In this document: positions 50,341 through 63,170 of the stretch, in pieces | Position numbering within the stretch: the stretch's first letter is position 1 | Layout: every line of letters begins with the position of its first letter | NCBI GenBank assembly: GCA_030390025.1 | Contig: CM059431.1 | Coordinates: 133,178,001-133,242,000 of the forward strand | Source: Squalus acanthias | Lineage: Eukaryota | Reading direction: 5' to 3' | Length of the DNA: 64,000 nt | The notes under the pieces: model-generated | Told to the model about the DNA's origin: nothing | Database searches by the model: none | Seen by the model: the letters and a program-made list of their open reading frames with translations, nothing else | Program-made: the position numbers and the translations under genes

Positions 50341-51595
50341 ATAGAGATTAGAGTGAAGCAGAAAAATGAGGCTTATGACAAATGTAAAGTTCCTGATACA
50401 GTAGAGAACCAAGCTGAATATAGAGGAGACCTAACAAAGGGAATAAGAGGAACAAAGAGAGCTACAGGAATAGATTAGCGGCTAACATAAAAGTGAACCC
50501 AAAATATTATAAACATAAATAGTAAAAGTGTATTCAAAGGAAGAGTGGGACCAAAAAAGAGATATTCTTGTGGAGGCAGGGAGCATGGCTGAGGTACAAA
50601 ATGAGGACTTTGCATCTGGTTTCATTGGAGCGGAGGATGCTGCCAACATAGCAGTAAAGGAGGAGGCAGTAGATATTGGATAGGATAAAATAGATAAAGA
50701 GGTACTTAAAAGGTTAGCAGTGCTCAAAGCAGAAAAGTCACGCAGCCGAATGCAATGCATCCTAAGTTACTGAGGGAAGTAAGGTTGGAAATTGCTGAGG
50801 CTCCGGCCACTATCTTCCAATCCTCATTGGATATGGGGGTGGTGCCAGAGGACCGGAGGATTGCAAATGTTATGCCCCTGTTCAAAAAAGGAGAGAGGGA
50901 TAAACCTGGCAATTACAGGCCAGTCAGCCTAACGTCGATGGTAGGAAACTTTTAGAGGCGATAATCTGGGGCAAATTTAATTAGCACTTGGAAAAGTAGG
51001 GGCTAATAAATGAATGTCAGCACAGACTTGTTAAAGGCAAATCGTGTTTGGCTAACTTGAAATTTTTTGATGAAGTAACGGAGAGGGTTGATGAGGGTAG
51101 TGCCATTGATGTTGTGTATATGGACTTTCAAAGGGTGTTTGATAAAGTACCACATAATAGACTTGTTAGCAAAATTAAAGCCCATGGGATTAAAGGGATA
51201 GTGGCAGCGAGGTTACAAAATTTGCTGAGGGACAGAAAACAGATGACACGAAACTCTGAAAAATAGTAACTGTGAGGAGGATAGTAGCAGACATAAGACA
51301 TAGACTGGTGAAATGGGCAGACACATGGCAGATGAAATTTAACGCAGCGAAGTATGAGGTGATGCATTTCGGAAGGACGAATGAAGACTAAATGGTACAA
51401 TTTTAATAGAAGTGCAGCAACAGAGAGACCTGGAGGTTCATATTCATAAATCTTTGACGATGGCAGGACAAGTTGAGAAGGCTCTTAAAAAGGCATATGG
51501 GATACTTGGCTTTATTAATAGAGGCATAGAGTACAAAAGCAAGGAAGTTATGCTAAACCTTTATAAAACACTGGGTGGGCCTCAGCTGAAATATT
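50341..51595 (+). mobile_element. Decayed CR1 ORF2 segment, interrupted by the Harbinger at 51596 and resuming at 55582-55840
   Basis: HPKLLREV..NYRPVSLTS, YMDFQRVFDKVPH and LYKTL..PQL. The sequence after 55581 continues with ttctgggcaccacactttaggaag (FWAPHFRK). Confidence 0.8.
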
Positions 51596-52080
51596 GGCCT
51601 AGAACTTCGGGGGTTTAGCGCCACCTGTTACCGCCAGATATGGGTGACAAAATGACGGCCATTGGTCTTCCGCCCACTGCCAGCGGGTCCCGCAGCAGCC
51701 GGCATTTTCAGATGGCCAGCAGCGCTGCTGATGTCAGCGATCGCTAAAATGATGTAGATGACGCAGATCGTGACATCAGTAAGTGTGCAACGCTCACTTG
51801 ACGCCCGATCTGTGAGTTTAGAGTTAACCGTTTAACTTACCGTGCGAAGAGCTGAGCAAGCGTTGACAAGCAGGAAGGAGGCTCCAGCAGCGGTATTTAA
51901 TAGGATCATCAGCAACTACTTGCAGCTGACATGTTTGTTCAGTTTGACTGGCTCTGTGGAACTTGCTGCAACTCCAACAGCTTCATAAACTTCTTTCAAG
52001 GTTCTAAGGTAACAGGTAGTGTTGTTGCAAGTGAAGAATGTCTTCATAAAGGCTTCTGCTCACAACACTTGCGCACAGTC

Positions 52081-53214
52081 ATGGGGGCTCTACTGGCAGT
52101 CCCCTTCACGCTCGAGTATCTTCGGGAGAGAGAGTGGAGGCAGCAAAGACGATGAGAAGATGCATACAAAGGGAGGAGGAGGGGGGCCAGGAGGGCTCTT
52201 GACAGGAGGCCTTACCCACCTAGGGTCTTCGAGAGCACTTCTCATATCTATTTAAGCGAGGAGCAGTGTATTAGGAGGCTACACTTCACCAAGGAGGTGG
52301 TCACAGAACTCTGCCACCTCCTGCAACCAGATCTGCAGCCTGACAGCAGGGTGAACACGACTCTCCCAGTGACAGTCAAGGTCACCGTGGCCCTCAATTT
52401 CTTCGCCAGCGGATCCTTCCAGTCTGCAGCAGGAGACAGAGCGAACATCTCCTAGTTCGCTGTCCATCGCTGCATTTGGGAGGTCACTGAGGCTCTCTAC
52501 ACCAGGAGATGTGACTATGTTGTCTTCTCTCTGAGCAGAGAGGAGCAGGACAAGCACGAATGTCGCTTTGCCAGGATAGCGGGCTTTCCCATGGTGCAGG
52601 GCGCCATCGACTGCACCCATGTGGTTTTGCCGGCGCTGTATAACAATCCTGAGATCTTCTATAGCCGCAAAGGCTACCACTCACTTAATGTGCAGTTGGT
52701 AAGTGACCACGCCCAGCGCTTCCTGATAGCCAATGCCCGCTATCCTGGCAGCAGCCATGATGCCTTCATCCCGCGTCAGGCCGGTGTGCCAGTAATCTTC
52801 CAGCTACCACATGAAACTCGAGGGTGGCTGCTTGGAGACAGGAGCTATCCGCTCTACACCTGGATGATGACTCCCCTCCGCAACTCCAACACTCGTATCC
52901 AGCACGCATATAATGAGAGCCACGCTGCCACCAGGAACATCATCGAGCAGACCATCGGGCTGCTGAAGCAACGGTTCCGCTGCCTTGACCACTCGGGAGG
53001 AGCCCTCCAGTACTCGGCTGAGCGGGTGTCCCATTTCGTGGTGGTCTGTTGCATGCTCCACAACTTGGTCATCATGAGGGTGCAGCCCTTGCCAGCAGGT
53101 ATTGTGGGGCCACCTCAGGAGGAGGACGAGGGAGAGGAGGAGGAGGAAAAGGAGCGAGATGAAGAAGAAAAGGAGGCAGGCAGCCAATCCCAATTCCGGA
53201 CGGGCTGTCTGTGA
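52081..53214 (+). pseudogene. Harbinger (HARBI1-like) DDE transposase with in-frame stops
   Basis: Starts MGALLAVPFTLE; stops near 52153 and 52453. Retains AIDCTHV, YPGSSHD, GDRSYP and [16 protein letters not shown] plus an acidic tail. Confidence 0.88.
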
Positions 53215-53429
53215 ATGCCTCATGAAACTCTGATTCCAATGAATGAAACCCCAGATCCCTGTTGCTTACCACATCCCCATCATACCATCTTTCTGTCACA
53301 GCGTTCTCTTGGGCACAAAGCTGAAATGAGAGCCACCACAAAAGATTCCAAACAAAATTAATAAATTGATCCAAAATCACCTCACACATATTTACACTTA
53401 CGACATGAACTGATCACCCTTGTGCAATC

Positions 53430-55279
53430 CCTTAGTGCCTGTCATTTGGGTGCCTTTTCCTGTCCAAGTGCTCCTAGGAAGTGCTCCCCTAGTAGCTGCA
53501 GCATGGCTGGTGGAAGGCTGCTGAGTTTCCATGGGGGAGACTTCAGATGGCCTTGCAGGACAACCTTGGCAGCAGTCTGGGCTGGCTGGCTGACAGGCAG
53601 TGGTAACGGCAATGGCGGAGTGGGAGTGGTGGGAACAGGAATGCTGTCATCTGAGAGAGGACAGCAGGGTCCTGCTCCACTGACCCAGTGCCACTCCCGT
53701 GGGGCGGCCCCTCAGCATTCCTAGTATCTGTTGGAGCAGATTGCTCGGCTGCTGCGACACCCTGCAAGCCCTGGTCAACAGTGGTAAACCCAGCCACAAT
53801 GGCAGCAATCTTGAGCTTGGGTGGCATCAAGCCGAGACTGCATGAGAGCAGTCTGCGCTTCTGCTGCAGCACTAAGATGTTGGGTCGCTTCCGCCTGTGC
53901 TGCAATGGCAGCCGCAACATCGCCCATCACACGCACCATCATGTCTGGGTCTCTTCGGGATTCCGCCATCATTTCCAGCCTGGAAATCCTGGGCTCCAAG
54001 CTCTGTGCAGAGCCCCGTCCAATGTTGGAGTGGGACTCCTCCATGCTCCTTGACATTGCCAAGAGGCTCTCTGGCAGGCTTGCCATTGCACCTAGCAATT
54101 CAGTGTGCATGTTCATCACCCTTTATCTGAAGGCCGCTCTGTCGAGGTCCTCATCCGAGTCTTGTGCCGCAGAACTCGCACACGAACTGGCCCTCCGGGG
54201 AGCTGGCCCCCGAGCTACCCTTTCCCCCTGGCCTTGTTGCGGCCCACACGTGCCAGATGCCTCACCCTGTGCAGATCCCGCTTCTACACGAGCCTCCAAA
54301 GTACGTGCAGTGCCAGTTTCTGAGCTGGTGTCTGCGAGTGACAGATGCAGTGATGCTGTGTCTTCTTCTTCCCCCTCGCTCTCGTGCATTGTTTCAGGGA
54401 CCGGCTGCTCGGGTTGCTTGTTCTTGATTATCTGAAAGCAGAAAGGCACAAGAGTTAGGTTATGGTGAGGGAAGGGACCGGGAAGCAAGATATGTATGCA
54501 TACAGCATCAGCAGCTTGAAAGTGAGAAGAGATTGTGGGAAGGGGGGGAATTGGGATGTGAGAAGGAGGGTTAGGAATGAGCATACCATTGTTGTTCCCA
54601 AGGGCTTCAAGCTCATCGGTTGCTATGGCCTCCATTATCTGCCACCCAATGATCTCCAGCACTCTCTCCTCCAGCTGGCTGAGGTCGTGGATGGCAGCTT
54701 GCCCCCCACCTGTCTGCCGCTGCTCCCTCTGATTATGCACAACCTTGGCATACAAGAGAAAGTGAAGTGTGTGAGTGAGTGTGAGCAATGTGTTTGGGTG
54801 ATGTGTCTGCCATAGTTGAATAGCTGTCAGTGTGTGAGATGTGGGTGTGAGTGTTGCAGCAGTGGTAAGGTTGTGAGGGTGAAGTGAAGCTATGATTGTG
54901 AGGTGTCAGTGGTGATAGGTAAAGCTTGTTGGTAGGTGAGTGCTGGGGGTGTGGTGCATTGAGCAGTGTGAGAGGCTTGTGGTGCAGATGATGGGATATG
55001 GCATTTGCTGAAGCCTTCACTCACCTTGATCTGCCGTGTGAGGTCATTAAACTTCTTTTGGCACTGCATGGCCGACCTTGGGACCACAGTGCTGGCCGTC
55101 ACATGGGCAGCTATCTCCTGCCAGAGCCTTCGAGAGGTGTGTGGCGAGGGCGTCCTGCCAGTGTGTAGGAAGAGGACAGCCCGTCTCCTCTCCATGGCCA
55201 CGACCAGTGCCTCAAGAGCCGAGTTGGAGAATTTTTGGGCGCTGTCTCTCTGTGCTGAGGCAGTTTGCACTGCCGTCAT
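53430..55279 (-). pseudogene. Harbinger Myb/SANT-like gene, three exons (55025-55279, 54587-54749, about 53430-54431), disabled
   Basis: Exon 1 KFSNSALEALV..LWQEIAAHV..RSAMQCQKKFNDL ends at gtgagt. Exon 2 AKVVHNQREQRQTGGG has a mutated acceptor (tgtat) and gtatgc donor. Exon 3 follows tttcag and contains frameshifts; 3' end approximate. Confidence 0.8.
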
Positions 55280-55840
55280 CTTCCAGGTGAAGTTGTGATT
55301 GGCTTGACAATGAGGTGCTGCAGCATCAATGCACCTCCCCTTTAAATATTGAATAAAGCCTGTGGCAAACAACTGAGAATTATACTGGACCCGATATTGG
55401 CCCACTTGTTGAGCGTTAAGCCAATGAGCAGCGCTTTCAACGCTGAAATCAAGACTACAATCATGTTAATGAGGACTGAGCACGAATTTTGCGTGCTACC
55501 TGGACCATTTTGACCTGACGCAGCTTAACATGGTTGGGCCGCAACACTGCCCGTTTCGTGGCCATATCCAATTTCTAGGCCATGTGTTTAATTCTGGGCA
55601 CCACACTTTAGGAAGGACGTCAAGGCTTTAGAGAGGGTGCAGAAGAGATTTACTAGAATGGTACAAGGGATGAGGGATTTCAGTTACGTGGAGAGACTGC
55701 AGAAGCTGAAGTTGCTCTCCTTAGAGCAGAAAAGGTTAAGAGGAGGTTTGATAGAGGCGTTCAAAATAATGAAGGGTTTTGATAGAATAAATAAGGAGAA
55801 ACGGTTTCCAGTGGCAGAAGGGTCAGTAACCAGAGGACAC

Positions 55841-56820
55841 TAGGACTGCTAACGTTGTACAGGACTGCCATTGTTTAAAAAGGGAGAAAGGAATAGACCA
55901 AGTAATTACAGGCCAGTCAGCCTAACCTCGGTGATGGGCAAATTATTGGAAAAAATTCTGAGGGACAGTATTAATCGTCATTTAGAAAGGCACGAATTAA
56001 TCATGGACAGTCAGCATGGATTTGTTAAGGGAAGGTTGTGTCTGACTAACTTGACTGAATTTTTTGAGGAGGTAACAAGGAGGTTAGCGCGTTTGATTTA
56101 GTCTACATAGATTTTACCAAGGCCTTTGACAAGGTCCCGCATCACAGACTGGTCAGAAAAGTAAAAGCCCATGGGATCCAAGGGACAGTGGCAAGTTGGA
56201 TCAAAAATTGGCTCAGAGGCAGGAAGCAAAGGGTAAAGGTCGACGGGTGTTTTTGTGATTGGAAGGCTGTTTCCAGTGGGGTTCCGTAGGGCTCAGTACT
56301 AAGTGCCTTGCTTTTTGTGGTATATATCAATGATTTAGACTTCAATGTAATGGGCATGATTAAGAAGTTTGCAGATGATACAAAAATTGGCTGTGTGGTT
56401 GATAGTGAGGGAGAAAGCTGTAGACTGTAGGAAGATATGTTTGGACTGGTCAGGTGGGCAGAAAAGTGGCAAATAGAATTCAATCTGGAGAAGTGTGAGG
56501 ATTTGGGGACCCTTAGCACAGAGGTCAATAACCAGGGGGCATAGATTTAAAGTAATTGGTAGAAGGATTAGAGGGGAGTTGAGGGGAGATCTTTTCACCC
56601 AGAGGGTGATGAGGGTCTGGACCTCACTGCCTGAAAGGGTGGTAGAGGTAGACACCCTCATCACATTTAAAAAGTACTTGGATATGCAGTTGAAGTGCTG
56701 CAACCTACAAGGCTATGGACCAAGAGCTGGAAAGTGGGATTAGGCTGGCTAGCCCTTTTTCAGCTGGCACAGGCACGATGGGCCGAATGGCCTCCTTCTG
56801 TGCTGTATCATTCTATGATA
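55841..56820 (+). mobile_element. CR1 RT and 3' end with internal deletion near 56500
   Basis: NYRPVSLTS, QHGFVKGR and KFADD, then a jump to ITRGHRFKV..GYGPRAGKWD* and a ttctatga tail. Confidence 0.85.
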
Positions 56821-58838
56821 ACTCGGCATATGATCTTTAACAAATACTGTCTTCTAGCTGAAAACTGTACATTGGATGCTAGGATAGTCAGAACAACTAA
56901 AGTAGACACTGATGGGTGAGTGCTTTGATATCAACCATTACATAGCAGTGCCATTCAACTTGCCTGATTATTTTGAAACACTAATAACGTAACATGCAGA
57001 AAAATCCTTATTTTGAAACAAAGGGACAAAGTCTCAAAGATAATTTGAACAAGCCCAACCATTATGTGGATTCAGATCGACTTATCTGTTCAGCAGTATC
57101 TAAAATGTATATGCTCTTGGCCATATAAAATGTGCAAGCATGTGAAATACAAATGGGTATGAGCTAAAAGATTTTAGTGGCCATCATCAGTCACTGAATA
57201 TAGATAGTTATCAAACCACCGAAAGATTTGTTCAAATTATAAGTTATCAAATAATCATCTTAGCTATCTTTCCAACTGATGGAATACTTCTCCAATAGAA
57301 CATCACACCCTTTTAAAAACCTCAGAACATTAGGGAAAGTTCTTTTTCGCCCAGCTTGGTTTCAGGACTGTATATCTAACATGAACACTTTACTTTAAAC
57401 TTCTGACAAAATAGTTTGTGTGCTTTACAGCACCAGAATTAAGCAGGTCTATTCAGTTGATCAAACCTAAAGACCATAAGTTTCTTGAAACTGAAATCAA
57501 ACAACAAACTGACACACCCCATCTCATTCTGTGCTCGTTTATCCCTGAAATATTTAGTGAAGTAAAGATCAACCAATCAGACCTCTAAATACTTAATGAT
57601 TAACTAAAGGAAGGTCCAGCCAGGACAATAGATGTTTTTACAGCATGATAAGACTATACTTGCTCTACATTAGTACAGAAACAAACCATATTTTCAAAAT
57701 TTAGGCATGGTCACAAGCAAGTAATTGCCACTCTCCTATGAATCATACAATAGTGGTATGAGCTTCTTTCCCATTTAACTGTGATGTACCTTGCCGTCAG
57801 AGAATATGTGCCTATATGATCGTACAAGTACAAATTTAAATTTTAATAGTAATTTCTAGGTAACAGCTCAATTTCTTGACAAGACATGCATAACAGATCT
57901 ATTAAACAAACAACTATACAAATTCCAGGGAGGGAGGCATAAAGAGAAGTGAAATTAAACTTATCCAGAGCATTTACTGAACACAAGTCTTCCTTTATAT
58001 ACAAGGGAAACCTTACCTGCCAACCCCTGACACAAGGAAACCGAAACAGCCAAAATCAACTTGTTCATAAGAACATATGAAATAGGAGCAGGAGAAGGCC
58101 ATTCGGCCCCTCGAGCCTGCTCCGCCATCCAATAAGATCATGGCTGATCTTCTACCTCAACTCCACTTTCCTGCACTATCCCCATATCCCTTGATTCCCT
58201 TAATGTCCAAAGATCTATCGATCTCTGTCTTGAATATACTCAACGACTGAGCCTCCACAGCCGTCTGGGGTAGAGAATTCCAAAGATTCACCACCCTCCG
58301 AGTGAAGAAATTTCTCCTCATCTCAGTCCTAAATGGTTAAACCCTTAACCCCTGGTTCTAGACTCCCCAGCCAGGGGAAACATCTTCCCTGCATCTACCC
58401 TGTCAAGCCCTGTAAGAATTTTGTATGTTTCAATGAGATCACCTCTCATTCTTCTAAACTCCAGAGAATATAGGCCTAGTCTACTCAATCTCTCCTCATA
58501 GGACAATCCCCCCATCCCAGGAATCAGTCTGGTGAACCTTCATTGAGCTCCCTCTATGGCAAGTATATCCTTCCTTAGGTAAGGAGACCAAAACTGTACA
58601 CAATACTCCAGGTGTGGTCTCACTAGGGCCCTATATAATTGCAGTAAGGCGTCTTTACTCTTATACTCAAATCCTCTTGTAATAAAGGCCAACATACCAT
58701 TTGCTTTCCTAATTGCTTGCTGTACCTGCATGTTAACTTTCAGTGATTCATGTACAAGGACACCCAGGTCCCTCTGAACACTAACAATTCCCAATCTCTC
58801 ACCATTTAAAAAATACTCTGCTTTTTATGAGCCCTAAT

Positions 58839-58974
58839 ACAATAGCAAAATACTGTGGATGCTGGAAATCAGAAATAAGAACAGAAAATGCTGGAAACAC
58901 TCAGCAGGTCAGGCAGTATCTATGGAGAGAGAAACAGAGTTAACGTTTCAGGTCGATGACCCTTCGTCAGAACC
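58839..58974 (-). mobile_element. 136-bp Penelope-derived unit (hammerhead plus tail), 12-bp TSD
   Basis: atgagccctaat at 58827-58838 and 58975-58986; the body is the reverse complement of the region 29912-30045. Confidence 0.85.
58939..58973 (-). ncRNA. Minimal type I hammerhead ribozyme motif, core intact
   Basis: Minus strand gtt-CTGACGA-a-gggtc(atc)gacct-GAAA-CG-TT-aac. Both conserved boxes, helix II, loopless palindromic helix III (ACGT), GUU cleavage triplet and a short helix I gtt/aac are present. Confidence 0.78.
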
Positions 58975-60229
58975 ATGAGCCCTAATTTTATTTAATAACC
59001 TCTTGTGTGGCACCTTATCGAATGCCTTCTAAAAATCTAAATACACCACATCCACTGGTTCCCCCATATCTATTCTGCTAGTTACAACCTAAAAAAACGG
59101 TAACAGATTCGTCAAACATGATTTCCCTTTCATAAATCCGGGTTGACTCTGCCCAATCCTATTATTATTTTCTAAGTGCCCTGTTACCACGTCTTTAATA
59201 GATTCTAGCATTTTCCCTACTACTGATGTCAGGCTAACTGGTCTATAGTTCCCCGTTTTCTCTCTCCCTCCTTTCTTAAATAGTGGGGTTACATTTGCTA
59301 CCTTCCAATCCGTGGGACCGTTCTAGAATCATAATCCTCACAACATTGAAAATTAAAAGTAACTTTAGACAAAATAGCATTCAGACATGGGTCAGACAAT
59401 ACAAAAAAATGATTCCTATCTAAGTTGTGATTATACTAAGGTATGGTGTCTTAGTTCATCCAGTGGAGTTTCCTGCACTAATCTCTGAAAGCAGCATTTT
59501 TTAAAAATGGGATCAGATTTGCAAAATGTGGAATTCACCTCAAATTGGTTTCTAAGACCAAAATCCTAAATCAACTGTTCACCAGCAGCTGTTGGGAGAG
59601 GAAGACATTGTACATGGACAATGGAAAGAACTTAAGTCTATGTAAAATCCTCTTTTAAATCCAAAAGGTCATGGACTCCAGTGAGTAGCACCATTGTGTA
59701 CAACTGAAGCACAGAGAAAGTGCAGAAACAAAAGGAGCCTGCATTAGGTTTAAACACTGGTGCCTGCAGTAACATTCCTGCATCATAACTAGGGAGTGGG
59801 AAAATTTACTGTCACTTGAGTCTGAAAATATTGCAGATTATAAAATGTTTTATTGTTCCACACACTTCATCAACATTAGAAATGTATCCTAAATCATAAT
59901 ATGTGGAAAACATTCATTTCTCTCATCTCTCTTCCATTTATAGCTTTTAGCAAAACTTTAAAAATGTCTGCCTGACTACCATCAGCAATGCAGGGAGATG
60001 ATTAGGACCTCCCACATCAAAACAAAATGCATATGTGTGTTCTACAACACAGTTTACCTTCCCAACATCCACACAGTCGTATTTTCCAGCTAGATACACA
60101 GGACAGCTATCAGAAACTGGAACCGTGGCTGAATTTACCCCTCCCTAATCTAGGAACATGGAGCCCAATGCTGCTCGGTATTAGTTAAGTTAACTTAGCA
60201 GAGTGCAGAGATCAAACACAGGACCGCCC

Positions 60230-60500
60230 TGGGCTGCAACTTCCTTCAATCTTACAATCTTCCGCGATCTCGGCGCTCCTCTAATTCTTGCCTATTGTGC
60301 ATCCCCAATTTTCATCACTTCATCATTGGTGGCCGTGCCTTCAGCAGCCTCGGCCCCAAGCTCCCTAATTCCCTCACTAAACCTCTCCGCCTCTCTCTCC
60401 TCTTCTAAGACGCACCTTAAAACCTAACCCTTTGACCAAGCTGTCCCAATATCTCCTTATGTGGCTCGGTACCAAATTTTACTATGTTCAAGTGTTGTTG
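60230..60500 (+). repeat. L2-like LINE 3' remnant
   Basis: attggtggccgtgccttcagc..cctaattccctc..ccttaaaacct (GGRAFS..NSL..LKT). Boundaries approximate. Confidence 0.55.
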
Positions 60501-61415
60501 TTATTTGACTCAGTTCCATGCTCACCATTGCATTTATCCACTGAACCATCAGTGTGGAAATTTAATTTAATTATAAAATCACAGCAATATGGAAATTGAA
60601 AAGATGGGAGATTTCATACGCTCAGGTGATGGATGGTTTGGTGACAAAAATCAGGCTAACAGGATGTTCAAAATGGAATCTGAAGAGAAGTTTAAATATA
60701 ATAGGACTTAAATTAACAAGAGCACTAGATCATAAGACTGTATCCATGAACTGGTTGAAATTGCAAATTGTACCCGATTCAGATCAATACTACACCCTTC
60801 TTGGGAGTGTTGGTAATTCTCCTATCCAATTCCTCTGAGTGAAATATTGCACTTTAGGCAGTAGGTGTAAATGTTGTAGAATGTTTGCAATGTTTCTGGA
60901 TGGTTCCAGGCAAATATTAAGCAACGTGCAACTATACTAAAGTAAAACAAAACTTTAGTGTAACAAATATATCGGCACAAATAATGTACAAAACTGGCCA
61001 AAGTTATCTCATTATAATTTGTTTTCAATGGTTTTAACAATGTTATTAAGATGCTCGTAACCAACTGAGGCTAGGTCTTAAAGACTGGCACAGCTGAGTA
61101 TATCCCAAGGTTGGAGATTGTATTTTTCATAGTTTAAAAAAAAAACAGTCTTTGCTGGGAGTCATTCTATATTGAAAGCCTGGGTGATGTTTTTCCTTTG
61201 TCAATCCCATAACAACTTATTCACCAACAAACTGATTCCAGATAAATGTCTTTTTATGAGCAAAGATTAATTTCCTCTAAAATAAAAAAATGGACAAAAA
61301 TGCAGTTTTCATAATGTAAACAAAGGTTTGTTTTCTTCATCTTCTACTGGACTTAATAAAAAATAAAAATAAATTAATATATCAATTGAATTTCAGCAAA
61401 CAATGGTTAGACAAT

Positions 61416-62160
61416 GGGCCAGAAATTAGGCACTTGCCGGGTGAGTACGCACTGTGTACTCACCCGTAAGGCCTCCTGAAGTGCCGGTTTCCTGCATGCA
61501 CTGTGCATGCGCGGGAAACCGAAACTTCCGGTTTCGTGAAGGGAGGGGTTGTGAGGTGAACCGCGTGCGCGGGAGAGGCTGCGCGCACGCAGCGAACTTA
61601 GGTTTTTTTTCAGGTTTCTCCGGGAAGGTAAGTATGGAAGAAGCTGCGCTTTTAAAAAGGAGGCGCAAGACCCGTTTTTAACAAGGTAAGTGGTTAATTA
61701 ATTACAATTTAAATTTTTTTTCAACAGGTTTATCTTTTTTCGATACTTTAAAGAAAGGTAAGTTTATTTTTAGCACTGTTAAAAAGTATTTTAATTTTGT
61801 CAAAAATTTAAATTTTTGTTTAAAGTAGTTAATTTATTTAACTTATAGTTATTTTAAAAATGTGATGTTTAAAAAAAATTTATTTGAAGTTTAGGTGTTG
61901 TTTTGGGGCCGATTTCAATTCATAGATTTGACAGGTCTTCCTGTCAAATCTATGAATGAAAGATGGTCTGCTGCCATTGGCTCTCCATGGCCCACGTGAT
62001 CCCAGGGGACGCATCGCACTAACTACGCCCCTGGGATACACAAGCACTGCGCTGCAGGAGGTCCAGGAGCTGAAGTCCCCGTGGGCCCAGAGGTCAACGG
62101 CAGGCGCGGTAGGTAGGTGCGCGCGCGATCATTGCACCCGCGGGAAGCCAGGGAGCCTAG
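61416..62160. mobile_element. Probable Harbinger-like non-autonomous element rich in palindromes
   Basis: Starts GGGCCAGAAATT like other TIRs in the window; CpG-rich ends around an AT-rich core. Right TIR not found. Confidence 0.45.
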
Positions 62161-62912
62161 TATACAGTACTCACTTATAAAGGACAGAATTGGAGTCAGC
62201 TGACTAATGTACCAAATACCAGTAAACATTAGTTAAGCTCCAACACAACTGAAGATCAAATTAGTATTGTACTAAAAAAAAAGGACATATCAACAATTTC
62301 CACACTGTGCAAATGAAAATATGTTTCACAATTAATCAAAAAACATGTCTGGCTGTGGACTGCGACAAAAGGGGTGCACTATAAGCTATGTTAAATTAAA
62401 ACAGAATCAACACAGTATTTTAGCATGGTATTTGTAGTTCCGCCGCCCCCCCCCCCACCCCCACCTGCCCCAGTTGGATGTGATTTAGTCAGTTAGTGTT
62501 CAGTGAGAAATAGACAGTGCCATAATTGATCTCAGTTTCCAGCAGCACGTCTGATTAAAAAAGACTTCTCTCCGTTAGTCTCTATTTGATTTTTCAACCA
62601 ACTGTTTTGTTAAAGACAAACATAGGAACAAGTCTATGCTATTTGGCCCATCAAGTCTGCTTCACCATTTTGTTAGGCAGCAAGAAATGTTGATGAGATT
62701 ATAATAATAAATAATGCCTTTAACAATCACATGATCCAAGTCTTGCATTGTGATTGGCTGATATGTCACAGGTTTATCAGTAAATAATTGTCAAGTCACA
62801 TACCCTATCCTTTCTGTGGTATGGCTAGCAAAGTATTGATATTTAAGTTATTTTGGCATCATCTAAAACTTTGAATTATGTGTTGTTAAGCTTGCGCCTT
62901 GGAATGAACACA

Positions 62913-63170
62913 CATAGAATCATAGAATAGTACAGCACGGAAGGAGGCAATTCAGCCCGTCAAGTCTGTGCCCGCTCTTTCGAAGAGCAATCCAGTTAGT
63001 CCCACTCCCCCACTCTTTCCCTATATCCCTGTTATTTTTTCTCCTTCAAGTATTTATCCAATTCCCTTTTGAAGGCTACTATTGAATCTGTATTCACCAC
63101 CCTATCAGTGCATTCCAAATCCTAACCACTCGTTGCGTAAGTAAGTTTTTCCTCATGTCGCCTCTGGTTC
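62913..63170 (-). mobile_element. CR1 3' end
   Basis: catagaatcatagaat tail and a 3' UTR hairpin region similar to 8574-8700. Confidence 0.8.

Larger units (their letters stand above)
51596..55581. mobile_element. Second full-length PIF/Harbinger transposon (about 4.0 kb), distinct family, nested in a CR1
   Basis: TIRs GGCCTAGAACTT / AATTTCTAGGCC. Convergent nuclease (+) and Myb-like (-) genes. TSD imperfect (att/atg). Confidence 0.88.
58066..59330 (-). mobile_element. CR1 3' portion with internal deletion and a nested Penelope-like fragment
   Basis: ORF 58540..58794 (RDLGVLV..LVRPHLEYCVQFWSP); tail (ttcttatg) at 58066; NYRPVSLTS-type region near 59230. Confidence 0.85.
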
